NCBI GenBank assembly: GCA_030750765.1
Contig: JASMHM010000005.1
Location: 14,256-78,255 of the forward strand
From: Candidatus Woesearchaeota archaeon
GTDB lineage: Archaea > Nanobdellota > Nanobdellia > Woesearchaeales > ARS49
Direction of reading: 5' to 3'
DNA: 64,000 bases
Position numbers and translations under genes: made by a program. A model generated the notes under the pieces. It was not told where the DNA came from, made no database searches, and saw only the letters and a program-made list of their open reading frames with translations. Of this stretch, positions 19,163 through 28,514 are shown in pieces (position 1 is the stretch's first letter; every line of letters starts with the position of its first letter).

Positions 19163-20287
19163 ATGGCAACGCATAAACTACTACCCTTACTACTAGTAAC
19201 GCTGCTGGCCTGCGGAAGCCCAGAAGCCATAGAAATTGGTGTTATCGCACCACTCACCGGACCTGCTGCAAGCTACGGAGAGCCTAGCGCTCTCGCTCTA
19301 CAGGTAGGGGCAGACATCATCAATGAACAAGGTGGCGTACTCGGCAGACAGATCAAACTCATCATGCAAGACGGAGAGTGCAATCCTGCAAAAGCCGTCA
19401 CCGCAACCAAACACCTCATAGAAATTGAAGGGGTGAGCGTACTCCTAGGCGGCAGTTGCAGCTCAGAAAGTATTGCTATCGCTCCTGTAGCTAACGAAAA
19501 CAAAGTGTTACAGGTGGCAACCCTCACCTCTGCAGACAGTTACTCAGATGCAGGACCTTACAGCTTTAGAGTCTTCCCCACCTCAACCTACTACGTAGGG
19601 AAGCAAGCCCAGCTAGCCCTACAACAAGGCGTCACCAGCATAGTCATCATCTACGAACAAAAAGCATACCCTCAATCCGTGTTTGCCGCATTCAAAAAAG
19701 GATTTGAAGCAAATGGGGGCACAGTCATCCAAGAACATGCCTTCCCTTCAGAGGAGACCGACTTTAGAAGCTATCTCCTGAAAGCAAAGGAATCTGGAGC
19801 ACAGGCCATCCTGTTCTCTGCACAAGGAACCTCCAGCGCGGTTAACTTCTTGAAGCATTACCATGAACTAGACCTCCAAGACAGTTTCAAGCTTATAGGC
19901 AACAGTGTTGTTGCTGCCAAAAAAGTGTTTGACGAAAGCCAAGGATTAAACGTAGGCGTCACTGCTGTTGATGCCTACGCAGACAGAAGCACGCTCCAAG
20001 CACAAGAATTACTCACTCGCTATGCTGCAAAGTACGGACAAGAGCCACAGACCAACTTCGGATATGTTGCCGCGTCCTACGATCGCGTGTTCCTTGTGGC
20101 AAGGGCCATGGAAGCCTGCGAAAGTGTCACGGACACAGACTGCATGGCTGCATACCTTAGCGCTGTCCAGGGATACCGAGGCGTGTACGGCACGCTAAGC
20201 TTTGACGAGAGAGGAGACGTTACCTCGTCCATAGCCATCCACCACCTCGACGAGCAAGGCAACCATGTCTGGAAACCGATCCATTAG
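19163..20287 (+). CDS. LivJ/LivK-type (Peripla_BP_6) ABC substrate-binding protein with lipobox-like signal
   Basis: Signal LLLVTLLACGS. IGVIAPLTGPAASYGEP...GGSCSSESIAIAPVANENKV matches the branched-chain amino acid/amide binding-protein family. No cognate LivHMGF genes nearby. Ends in TAG. Confidence 0.75.
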   Translation: MATHKLLPLLLVTLLACGSPEAIEIGVIAPLTGPAASYGEPSALALQVGADIINEQGGVLGRQIKLIMQDGECNPAKAVTATKHLIEIEGVSVLLGGSCSSESIAIAPVANENKVLQVATLTSADSYSDAGPYSFRVFPTSTYYVGKQAQLALQQGVTSIVIIYEQKAYPQSVFAAFKKGFEANGGTVIQEHAFPSEETDFRSYLLKAKESGAQAILFSAQGTSSAVNFLKHYHELDLQDSFKLIGNSVVAAKKVFDESQGLNVGVTAVDAYADRSTLQAQELLTRYAAKYGQEPQTNFGYVAASYDRVFLVARAMEACESVTDTDCMAAYLSAVQGYRGVYGTLSFDERGDVTSSIAIHHLDEQGNHVWKPIH

Positions 20288-20352
20288 TCCAGATTACGCA
20301 TTCGCAAACTTTATTAACCACCTAGCTTGCAAAAAAGACAGTGTCAAGTGAG

Positions 20353-20505
20353 ATGAAAGATGCGGAGGCAATAACAAAAGAGATAGAGCGCTTGGAGACA
20401 AACCACTACTTCACCTTCTACGTCGAGCCCGTCCACAAGAAAGAAAGCGCCAAGCACTTGCAAGAAGAAAGGATACGGGCGTTGAAGTGGGTGCTTGGAG
20501 ACTAG
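20353..20505 (+). CDS. small ORF (50 aa), hypothetical
   Basis: ATG...TAG ORF in the gap after the binding-protein gene. Below the ORF-track threshold, with no support beyond the open frame. Confidence 0.2.
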   Translation: MKDAEAITKEIERLETNHYFTFYVEPVHKKESAKHLQEERIRALKWVLGD

Positions 20506-21284
20506 CCTCTCAACGTCATCGTGTTGCCTGACTCGTACCTTTTCAAACCTGCATAGAACACGCCAATAGCGAGCATGCAGAAAGCTATTGTCACTAACGT
20601 CATGTAGATCAGCCAAGTCCAGCTAAAACTTCTCATGAGCTCCACGGGAACGCCACCTGCCATGCCTGCAGGGAACACAAACAAGATGAAGAATTTGGTG
20701 AAACCACCAAACACCGAAAGGGGATAGCTAGAAATAATAAAAAAGGTGTCTCTGGAGGTTTGTGCTGCCTCCTCAAACCGTCCTAGCCAGAACCCTACCG
20801 AATTGACCAACACCGACCATGCGGTTAGTATCAACGCTCCCAAGACACTGGTATAGAGAAACAACGGCCATGCTCCCTCAGGTAAAAATATGAATGCTAA
20901 CACTAGCCCAAACACCAAATCGCCAATAGGGGGATAGTGGAATTTGAGGATGACATGCATGAGTACGTTCTTTGGCAGGGTAAGATAGTAATCTAGCATG
21001 CCATTTTGTATCATTCGAGCAATCTTGGAAGATTGTCTTAAGAACCCTGCTCCTAAGCCAAAGGAAAACGTGGTTACCGCCCATAGTAGCGCAACATCTT
21101 GGAAGACCCAGCCGTTAACGCTGCCGAATCTTTGAAAGAATAACCACCAGAAGAATACCCAAAAGATGTCGTTCACAAACATACCTACGCTTTGTACCAA
21201 GAAGTTAGCCTTGTACTCCATGGCCGCACCTATCTCTACGCTAAAGTACTTGAGGATGAACGCGAGGTTTTTCTTAACCCCCAT
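20502..21284 (-). CDS. ABC-2 family transporter permease
   Basis: Six predicted TM segments. Operonic with the neighbouring permease and ATPase (overlapping stop/starts). Confidence 0.55.
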   Translation of the reverse strand: MGVKKNLAFILKYFSVEIGAAMEYKANFLVQSVGMFVNDIFWVFFWWLFFQRFGSVNGWVFQDVALLWAVTTFSFGLGAGFLRQSSKIARMIQNGMLDYYLTLPKNVLMHVILKFHYPPIGDLVFGLVLAFIFLPEGAWPLFLYTSVLGALILTAWSVLVNSVGFWLGRFEEAAQTSRDTFFIISSYPLSVFGGFTKFFILFVFPAGMAGGVPVELMRSFSWTWLIYMTLVTIAFCMLAIGVFYAGLKRYESGNTMTLRG

Positions 21285-22065
21285 GCACGCTCACCGCCTT
21301 TGCTCCTTTTTTGTGCAGCCACCACACTATGATGCCCAACCCTGCAATCCAGCCTAGCTGGCCAAGTACGACGTGGACAAAGTCTGCAAAAGAAAATTTG
21401 ACAAACAATTTTGCAGGGCCGTACATCATGTAGCTAAACGGAAGTTTGTGAAGTATGGGCTGGATCCATGCGGGGTACACTTCGTAGGGCATGAACATAC
21501 CTCCCATGATAAACGTAAATTTTGTGTGAATCCAGGAAAGCGATTCAGTTTCCTCAAACCAAAAGCTTAGTAGTCCGTAGATCAGCACGAACAAAAAGTT
21601 CATGAACAACGCTCCCAGCACCGCAATCAGTATGAAGGGGATGTAGGAAAACGTGAAGGGGATGGTGCCAACAAAAAGCCAAGCTAGCACTAAACCCATG
21701 CTGCCAAAAAAGAGCAGCACAAAAGAACCATAGCCGAACAGGTTGGCCAGCCACCGGTACGCGTAGTTTATGGGTTTTAGCAAAGAAAGGCTAAACAATC
21801 CTGTGCGTACTTCCTCGTTGATGTCCTCCACCTTGTGGGAGGCGTTCGAGAACGTGATGATCTCGGCAACTGCTAAGTACCATATCATCTGTGCAATAGT
21901 GAAGCCTTCGATGGTTGTTTCTTGGCCGTACACGGTTTTCCAAATTTGTAAGAACACAAACAGCACGACGACGAGAATGGCTATGCCTACGAATGAGTTG
22001 CCACTATCGCTGAGCTCATGATGGAATTCCGACTTGGCAATCTGCCAGTACTTGGCCAGGTTCAT
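21274..22065 (-). CDS. ABC-2 family transporter permease
   Basis: Polytopic membrane protein immediately downstream of the ABC ATPase, with a 4-nt overlap. Confidence 0.55.
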   Translation of the reverse strand: MNLAKYWQIAKSEFHHELSDSGNSFVGIAILVVVLFVFLQIWKTVYGQETTIEGFTIAQMIWYLAVAEIITFSNASHKVEDINEEVRTGLFSLSLLKPINYAYRWLANLFGYGSFVLLFFGSMGLVLAWLFVGTIPFTFSYIPFILIAVLGALFMNFLFVLIYGLLSFWFEETESLSWIHTKFTFIMGGMFMPYEVYPAWIQPILHKLPFSYMMYGPAKLFVKFSFADFVHVVLGQLGWIAGLGIIVWWLHKKGAKAVSVHGG

Positions 22066-23033
22066 TGGTACAGTTTTTCGATGATCTCCTCAATGGGAGG
22101 TTCTTCGATGACGACGTCCGCCACTTTGCACGCAGTCATATACGCGCTCAACACTTTGCGTACGGGTGCTCGCTTTTTGTTCACTTCTAACTTGACCAAG
22201 GCAGGCGTGTGGATGAGTATCTTGACGCCAGGTATGGTGGGTAGTTTGTTAGTTTGTTCTGCAAGATGGAATTCCATGATTTTTGTGGTGATACGCTTGC
22301 GCATTCTTTCCATGCTGCCATCATACAACACCTTCCCTTGATTGATCACGATAACTCTAGGGCAGAGTTCTTCAATGTCATCTAAGTCATGGCTAGTTAG
22401 GATGACGGTGAGGTTTTGCTCCTTGTTGAGCTTCCTGATCAATTCTCGCACTCTTCTCTTGGCTATTATGTCTAACCCTATAGTGGGCTCGTCTAGGAAC
22501 AACACTTCTGGTTTGTGGAGTATGCTGGCTACAAACTCGCACCGCATGCGCTGGCCTAGTGAGAGTTTTTTGACAGGGATGTGCACGAGTTCATCTATCT
22601 TGAAGATCTTGATTAGTTCTTGTACGTGTTTCTTGAAATCACTCTCTTCTAGCTCGTAGATCTTGGAGTACAACTCGAACGTGTCCATGGCGGGTAGGTG
22701 GTACAACAACTGCTGTCGTTGACCAAAGATCGCACCAATATGGAAGGCTAGTTGTTGTCTTTCTTCTTGCGGATTGAAACCTAAGACGCTTATCTTTCCT
22801 CGGCTAGGGTGCAGGATGCCGGTCATCATCTTTATGGCAGTACTCTTTCCAGCACCGTTAGGTCCGATGAAACCTACCAACTCTCCTTGCTTGATCTGGA
22901 TGTTGATGTTTTTTACCGCTTTGACGTTTTTGTACTGTGGACTAACCAAACTTTTCAAACTATTCCACAGCCCTGGCGGCTTGACTTTTGCCCTGAAGTC
23001 TTTACTCACACCATGAACTTCGATAGCATTCAT
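22062..23033 (-). CDS. ABC transporter ATP-binding protein (ABC-2 exporter type) with C-terminal extension
   Basis: Walker A GPNGAGKST, signature LSLGQRMR, Walker B LFLDEPT, H-loop TSHDL. Confidence 0.8.
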   Translation of the reverse strand: MNAIEVHGVSKDFRAKVKPPGLWNSLKSLVSPQYKNVKAVKNINIQIKQGELVGFIGPNGAGKSTAIKMMTGILHPSRGKISVLGFNPQEERQQLAFHIGAIFGQRQQLLYHLPAMDTFELYSKIYELEESDFKKHVQELIKIFKIDELVHIPVKKLSLGQRMRCEFVASILHKPEVLFLDEPTIGLDIIAKRRVRELIRKLNKEQNLTVILTSHDLDDIEELCPRVIVINQGKVLYDGSMERMRKRITTKIMEFHLAEQTNKLPTIPGVKILIHTPALVKLEVNKKRAPVRKVLSAYMTACKVADVVIEEPPIEEIIEKLYQ

Positions 23034-23071
23034 AAGGCGTAAAGCAAGAATGCGAGTATTTAAGAGTATTG

Positions 23072-24145
23072 TCAGCTACGAACCGCCTGTCCATCTCGCA
23101 CTGTCGTGATGTAATAGTCCTTGCCCGTGTCCCATGTCTGTGGGTTGAAGGTGATGGGGCCAGCCACGCTTTGGTAGTTTTTTAGATTGATCATCCTATC
23201 CGCCGCACACTCTGTTTCTTCGCTACCGCAAGCATTAAACAGGTGCGCCATGAGATGTGCGGAGTCGTAGGCGTCTCTTGCCCACATGGTTGGCTCTTCG
23301 TGATATCTTGCTTCCCATCGAGAGGCAAACACTGCGTCCGTGCCTTTTTCTTCCTTGGCGCTGACTATGCCCTCCGCATTGTTTTCTGCGATACGTAACG
23401 TGTCTGGATTGTCAATGCCTTCAATGCCAAGTATGGTTGCTTTTGATCCTAGTTCGCGTATTTGGTTGATGACCTCTCCTGCGCTTCCCCATACGATGAA
23501 TATTGCATCAGCGTTTTTCATCTTGGTGATCATGGTTCGATAGTCTGGATTCTCCCAGGGAAGGAAGGATTCAGTGCCGACAATACTTCCTCCTTGATTG
23601 GTAAAATAATGTGCAAAGTGTTCCTTGTTCTTGACTCCGTACAAGTTGTCAAAGTAGATTATTCCTACCGTTCGCATGCCTGCTTTGTATGCGTGCTCTG
23701 CTAGAGTGCGCATTTGCTTTTCCAGCAGGCTTTTCGTGCTGAAATAGGTAGGGCCTAGTTTGCCAAAGTTGGTCTCAGAAGTGATGCCGATAAGGTTTTC
23801 TTTCTCAGCAAACTTCGCGGTTATTTCAATAGAGCTGCCGCAAAAGGGGCCCAGGAAGGCAGCTACGTCGTCTATGTGTCTTAGTTTGTTGAGTGCGGTC
23901 ACTGTGGGGGTTATATCGCACTTGGTGTCTTCATAGACCAATTGCAACAACTTTCCATTAACGCCGCCTTGTTCGTTGATTTCTTCTGCAGCAAGATCAA
24001 ATCCTTTTCGCATCTCCTCGCCAAAGTAGCTAAGCGACCCGGTTAGGGGCGCTAACGCACCTACTCTGACGGGTTCGCTCACGCCAGGAACCGCACCGTG
24101 GATGGTGCAGGCTGCCAGCATTAAGAACAACATTGCATACTTCAT
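23072..24145 (-). CDS. LivJ/LivK-type ABC substrate-binding protein (second orphan copy), lipobox-like signal
   Basis: MKYAMLFLMLAACTIHG signal. VGALAPLTGSLSYFGEE...GPFCGSS core. Divergent from TrmB paralog 3. Confidence 0.7.
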   Translation of the reverse strand: MKYAMLFLMLAACTIHGAVPGVSEPVRVGALAPLTGSLSYFGEEMRKGFDLAAEEINEQGGVNGKLLQLVYEDTKCDITPTVTALNKLRHIDDVAAFLGPFCGSSIEITAKFAEKENLIGITSETNFGKLGPTYFSTKSLLEKQMRTLAEHAYKAGMRTVGIIYFDNLYGVKNKEHFAHYFTNQGGSIVGTESFLPWENPDYRTMITKMKNADAIFIVWGSAGEVINQIRELGSKATILGIEGIDNPDTLRIAENNAEGIVSAKEEKGTDAVFASRWEARYHEEPTMWARDAYDSAHLMAHLFNACGSEETECAADRMINLKNYQSVAGPITFNPQTWDTGKDYYITTVRDGQAVRS

Positions 24146-24233
24146 GGAGATTTCTAGCCCCAGAACACATAAATTGTAATGTAGTCCTAAAAAGGAGGAC
24201 AACCTTTAAGTATGGCTAGGTACTTCTAAGAGT

Positions 24234-24971
24234 ATGGATCTGAAAGTGCTCGAAGAGGCAGGCCTCACCCAAGGAGAAATCAAGGTCTATCTCGCCCTAC
24301 TAAAATTGGGGAAGGTCAGCGCCGGCCCGATCACACAAGAGTCGGCACTACACCGTTCTCGCGTGTACGAAGCGCTCACCCGACTCGTTAACAAAGGGTT
24401 GGTATCCTACACGAACAAAGCTCAGACAAAATACTTCCAGGCCAACAATCCCGAAGAATTGCTGGATTATTTGGAAGAAAAGAAACGCAACGTCCAAACC
24501 TTGCTGCCACAGCTTAAGGCCCTACAAGCAAAACCTGAGGAGGCCTATGAAACTGCGGTGTATGAAGGGTTTCGAGGGCTCAAAAGCATTTTTGAGAACG
24601 CAAAGCGCGACACGCCAAAAGGGGGAGAGATTTTGGTGTTTGGTGCTAGGTCTGGGCATGACTTTCACAAAAAAACCTGGGAAACGTATTTTCTTAACTA
24701 CAACAGACAACTAGAATCCAAGAAGATCGGTCTTCGCCTCATCTACAATGAAGATCTGCGAGGAACGTCTGAAGCAACAGCCCACGAAAAGGGCAAGCAC
24801 AACAAGATTCGCTATCTCAAGCACTACACGCCTGCAGGGGTGAACATCCACGGAGACAACGTTGCCGTGTTTGTCTGGAGTAAGAACCTTGCTTACGTGA
24901 TGAAAGGAAAGGAAGTGGCGGATTCGTTCCGCGAATATTTCAAAATCTTGTGGAAGGCAGCGAAGAAGTAA
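24234..24971 (+). CDS. TrmB-family transcriptional regulator (paralog 3)
   Basis: LEEAGLTQGEIKVYLALLKLGKVSAGPITQESALHRSRVYEALTRLVNKGLVSY plus a TrmB C-domain. Confidence 0.7.
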   Translation: MDLKVLEEAGLTQGEIKVYLALLKLGKVSAGPITQESALHRSRVYEALTRLVNKGLVSYTNKAQTKYFQANNPEELLDYLEEKKRNVQTLLPQLKALQAKPEEAYETAVYEGFRGLKSIFENAKRDTPKGGEILVFGARSGHDFHKKTWETYFLNYNRQLESKKIGLRLIYNEDLRGTSEATAHEKGKHNKIRYLKHYTPAGVNIHGDNVAVFVWSKNLAYVMKGKEVADSFREYFKILWKAAKK

Positions 24972-25042
24972 CGCCCCTGCTGGGAGTCGAACCCAGATCT
25001 TACCGACCGCAACGGTACAGTCTATCCATTAGCCTACAGGGG
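24971..25042 (-). tRNA. tRNA-Arg (anticodon GCG)
   Basis: Manually folded reverse complement: acceptor GCCCCTG/CAGGGGC, D-arm, anticodon stem TACCG/CGGTA with loop TTGCGGT, T-arm CTGGG-TTCGACT-CCCAG, discriminator G. TATA-like ctttataaaac lies ~25 nt upstream. Confidence 0.7.
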
Positions 25043-25104
25043 CATGCCATGGAAGAGTGGCTGTTGTTTTATAAAGGTATAACCCTAGACACACAAAAAC
25101 TTAT

Positions 25105-25680
25105 ATGCCTCTAGGCCTAGGCACGTCCATGGATATGGACGCAAGACAAGCATGGGCAATACACGGTGTGATGATCCTAGAAAAGTGGGCAGGAAAGTTA
25201 GAGACAGACAATGCAGAGTTCTATGCCTCATTCTATGATATGTATGATGGCGCAGCAGAGAAGCTAGAGAGGGAGAGCGATATGGGCAAGTTTTGGGAGC
25301 AAGCAAACTCCTTCTCTGCGCAAGGAAAAATGTTCACAGAGTTCATCCCTGGAAGCCACACGGACACAGGGGTCTCGCTAAGCACCCAGGCAGGGACAGC
25401 ATTTGGCATACTGTTTGGCAGCATGGAATTTGGTTTGTTGGCCATGGACACCCAAGACCGGCAGTGGGAGAAGGCAAAAGAATCATTGCTCAACGAGTAC
25501 GCCCAGGTCGCTGAAAAAATGAAGCAAGCAGGGTTTGATATGTATAGCGTGAACTACGCGCTAAAAAAGCGTCTAAACGAGAAGAGGCAGCAAAAATGGA
25601 TTAATGCTGGCGGTACAGAATCGATTATTAGTCATGAGCACTTTGCCATCGCCCTCGGTGTCATAGCGTTGTTTGACTAG
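25105..25680 (+). CDS. hypothetical protein
   Basis: ORF only. Ends in TAG. Confidence 0.3.
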   Translation: MPLGLGTSMDMDARQAWAIHGVMILEKWAGKLETDNAEFYASFYDMYDGAAEKLERESDMGKFWEQANSFSAQGKMFTEFIPGSHTDTGVSLSTQAGTAFGILFGSMEFGLLAMDTQDRQWEKAKESLLNEYAQVAEKMKQAGFDMYSVNYALKKRLNEKRQQKWINAGGTESIISHEHFAIALGVIALFD

Positions 25681-27143
25681 GCCAATCGACTTTGGACCAC
25701 GTTCTCGCCAACTTGCTTTTTGAGATCTCTTGCCACTGCCTGTCCAAGCAACCGATTGAGTATGTCGAACTTTGCGCGCTTCACTTCTGTGGCAGTTTTG
25801 AGGCCGTTGTTGAACAACGTTCTTGCTCTGACGCGTCCAATGCCTTTGAAACGGATGAGGTCGAGCAACTCTTCTTTGACTCCTTTTTCCAATCTCAATT
25901 TAGTTTTGTAAACACGCTTGGAGAGTTCTCGCTGTCCAGAAATTTTGGCAATCTCCATGGCGGCATACGACAACCATTTGGCTTTTTCGATTTTGTTACG
26001 TAATTCTCCCGGAGTTATGTTTCTGTGCTCCAAGATGAATGCTTCATTCTTCTCATCCATCCAGTCTACCAAGACGGCGGCGGTCTTGACTGCTGGAAGA
26101 TAATCTTCGTTGAACATGTCGTCTATTCCTTCTTTTGTTGCCACGGCTTCTATGTCATCATATTCTGCTTGCCGAATGCTAAACAAGGGTTTCATTTCTA
26201 CGCAATCACAAAGCAGGTACAACATTCCGGTGTCGGACATGTCCGTGTGTAACCGTTTTCTTAGGCTGTGAGCGGTTAAGGGATCGATGTACAATTCTGC
26301 AACCCTTCTTCCTAATCGGGTTGCTTCCAAGGTTTTCCCTTTTTTGATTTGTTCTATCTCTTCCAAAAGGTTCACCATGCGTGAGATGATCTCTTCGATC
26401 TCGTCATGGTCTTCATACTGATGTGCCCAGAAGGTTTTGGAAAAGAAGTCCATCAGTTGTTCTTCTGTGCGTGCGATTCTGGTGACGATCAAACTCAGCA
26501 CGTATGTTCTGAGCACCGGTTCTACTGCGAGCTTGGATAGTATGTTTTCTGGATCGCCATTGATGTATTCTTCCATAATGTGTTCTGCATCATCTTCTGA
26601 ATTGGCGATGCATATCGCTTCTCCGAACGTGTCGTACTTGGGTCGGCCTGCACGACCTGCCATTTGGTGGTACTCCAGCACTGGTATGAAGTTCATGCCA
26701 AAGCTGTCAAAGCGTTTCAAATCTCTAATGATTGCGCGAAACGCAGGAAGGTCCAATCCTGCAGCAAGTGTTGGCGTGCACGCGATGATCTTGATGGTGC
26801 CATCGCGAAATCCATCTTCTACTAATGTTTTTTGTTTGGAATGCAAGCCTGCATGATGGAAGGCGGTTCCTTTTTGGACGCAGCGAAACAATCTTTCACA
26901 TTGTTTGGTTGGTGTTGGCAACACCTTTCTTACTTTTTCTGCCAACGCTTCGCATGATAGGTTTGTCTTTTTGCTGATACTTTCTGCTTCTTTCTCTGCG
27001 CTTCTTTTGGTGTTCACAAAGACGAGTGCTTGCTTGTCTTTTGCTATCGTGTCTAGCGCGAGGTTGATGGTGTGCTCTTTGGCTAATTGCTTTATTTCCA
27101 CGTGTTTTCCAAGGAGCGAAAGTTTATAAACCCTTGTCGGCAT
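25677..27143 (-). CDS. Hel308/Ski2-like helicase fragment lacking the N-terminal RecA1 ATPase domain
   Basis: Contains motif IV (ALVFVNTKRSAE) and motif VI (YHQMAGRAGRPKYD), plus the winged-helix, ratchet and C-terminal HhH-like (GIGRVRARTLF) domains. No Walker A or DEAH motif. The ORF starts 12 nt from tRNA-Ile. Confidence 0.7.
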   Translation of the reverse strand: MPTRVYKLSLLGKHVEIKQLAKEHTINLALDTIAKDKQALVFVNTKRSAEKEAESISKKTNLSCEALAEKVRKVLPTPTKQCERLFRCVQKGTAFHHAGLHSKQKTLVEDGFRDGTIKIIACTPTLAAGLDLPAFRAIIRDLKRFDSFGMNFIPVLEYHQMAGRAGRPKYDTFGEAICIANSEDDAEHIMEEYINGDPENILSKLAVEPVLRTYVLSLIVTRIARTEEQLMDFFSKTFWAHQYEDHDEIEEIISRMVNLLEEIEQIKKGKTLEATRLGRRVAELYIDPLTAHSLRKRLHTDMSDTGMLYLLCDCVEMKPLFSIRQAEYDDIEAVATKEGIDDMFNEDYLPAVKTAAVLVDWMDEKNEAFILEHRNITPGELRNKIEKAKWLSYAAMEIAKISGQRELSKRVYKTKLRLEKGVKEELLDLIRFKGIGRVRARTLFNNGLKTATEVKRAKFDILNRLLGQAVARDLKKQVGENVVQSRLA

Positions 27144-27154
27144 TTAATAAGCAT

Positions 27155-27229
27155 GGTCCCGTAGCTCAGCCTGGTTAGAGCGCCGCTCTGATAAGGCGGA
27201 GGTCCGGTGTTCGAATCACCGCGGGACCA
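27155..27229 (+). tRNA. tRNA-Ile (anticodon GAT)
   Basis: GGTCCCG acceptor, D-arm GCTC/GAGC, anticodon stem CCGCT/GGCGG with loop CTGATAA, T-arm CGGTG-TTCGAAT-CACCG, 3' CGGGACC-A. TATA tttataaa at 27123-27130. Confidence 0.8.
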
Positions 27230-27265
27230 TTCCTATTTTTATACTAGCTAAGTTTTCCTTGTCAT

Positions 27266-28399
27266 ATGAAAAAGAGGTTTGTTGAGACAGTAATTATTGG
27301 AGGAGGGATGGCTGGCGTGGGTTGTGCCCGGACTCTGCTCAAGAAGGGCTACAAGAACTTTAAATTGATTACGGAGGATATCGGTGGACGCCTGCGTATG
27401 TCTGAGGACGGGCATGTCGCCTACGGGGCTTATTTTATTGGCGATGATTATCACCATACCAAAAAATTTTTTAAGAAAGTGAGAGAAATTAACATTTTCA
27501 AGGTAAGATTTCATGACCGATCGGGTTCTTACAAGACGGCTAGTTCCTTTTTTCATCCTATCCAGGTCCTCAAATTCCTTTACTTAATCAACAAATTCCG
27601 AAGGCACTATGAGAGTTTGAAAAAAAGGTGCGAAAATGTGAGCCAACTTGTTGCTTTAAAGGAGGACGAATTCCTTTCCGGTCTTTACAAAGCAAGGGCA
27701 ATTGATTTTGTGAAGAGCGAAGGCATATACGGAATTAGCAAGAAGTTTATGTCAGAAACCATGTATGGACTTATTTTTCTGGGACTTGAGGAATACTCAG
27801 CTTTCGAATTCTTTAGATGGATGCAGTACTTCAACCGCCCGCTATATGAATTTCACTTTCTTAAGGAAAGATTCCTGTCGGGCATGGATCAAAAAATTAT
27901 TTTAGGAAAAGTCGTGAGGATTTCCAAGAAGAAGGAAGCTTATGAAGTCAAATTAAAACAAGGGTTTTTGTCTTGCAAAAATGTGGTTGTGGCCACCCCC
28001 CCACACATTTCAAAGAAGCTTGTTGGGATTAAAAAGATAAAAAAACCCGCAAAGGCCTACATGTTTCACATCAGAGGAGTTATCCGGCCTCCTTGGGCGG
28101 ATGATTATGAATTGTTTTCTCAACATTCCGAATTAATTGATATTGCACATCAGCATGATGGATCTTACTTGTTGTATTGTTTGTCGCCTCAACCTAACTT
28201 ACGCAAATACTTCTCTGAGTATGATTTGGTTCAGAAACTTCACTGGGACCCTGCTTTTAACGCCGCAGGTCATGTTCTGTGGGACTGCGAGATTAAACCG
28301 AACCTTTTCCTGATCGGTGATCACAACATAATAGGCATGGAGGATGCCTTCATAACGGGTATTTACGCAGCTAACCAAATTATCAAAAAAATGCAGTGA
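27266..28399 (+). CDS. FAD/NAD(P)-binding oxidoreductase (amine-oxidase / phytoene-desaturase-like)
   Basis: N-terminal dinucleotide motif VIIGGGMAGVGCA. Visibly AT- and Lys-rich relative to its neighbours. Lies within the repeat-bounded block next to tRNA-Ile. Confidence 0.6.
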   Translation: MKKRFVETVIIGGGMAGVGCARTLLKKGYKNFKLITEDIGGRLRMSEDGHVAYGAYFIGDDYHHTKKFFKKVREINIFKVRFHDRSGSYKTASSFFHPIQVLKFLYLINKFRRHYESLKKRCENVSQLVALKEDEFLSGLYKARAIDFVKSEGIYGISKKFMSETMYGLIFLGLEEYSAFEFFRWMQYFNRPLYEFHFLKERFLSGMDQKIILGKVVRISKKKEAYEVKLKQGFLSCKNVVVATPPHISKKLVGIKKIKKPAKAYMFHIRGVIRPPWADDYELFSQHSELIDIAHQHDGSYLLYCLSPQPNLRKYFSEYDLVQKLHWDPAFNAAGHVLWDCEIKPNLFLIGDHNIIGMEDAFITGIYAANQIIKKMQ

Positions 28400-28436
28400 T
28401 TCGAACACCAACCTACTGTGGTCCGCGGGACCACCA
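28397..28436 (+). repeat. tRNA-Ile 3'-end-like segment (TTCGAACACC...CGCGGGACCA-CCA) followed by a T-run
   Basis: Matches the T-loop and acceptor 3' half of tRNA-Ile, with a 14-nt insertion and an encoded CCA. No 5' half is present. Confidence 0.4.
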
Positions 28437-28514
28437 TTTTTTCTGCGTGTTGAGTCTTTCCCGGAAAGTTTCCGGACTTAAAACGAAAGGTATATAAATG
28501 GTAATACCTTTGTA

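Noticed and set aside
20344-20616. 90-aa minus-strand ORF in the binding-protein/permease gap.
   Set aside because: It overlaps the 3' end of the ABC-2 permease in another frame. The short plus-strand ORF at 20353-20505 is the slightly more plausible occupant and is listed at low confidence.
27248-27556. 102-aa minus-strand ORF between tRNA-Ile and the oxidoreductase.
   Set aside because: It is antisense to the 5' end of the oxidoreductase gene, has no motif, and belongs to an AT-rich region prone to spurious ORFs.
28397-28436. A second complete tRNA gene (3' end with encoded CCA).
   Set aside because: There is no matching 5' acceptor or D/anticodon arms within 100 nt upstream (that region is the oxidoreductase coding sequence). 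Treated as an att-site-like tRNA fragment.
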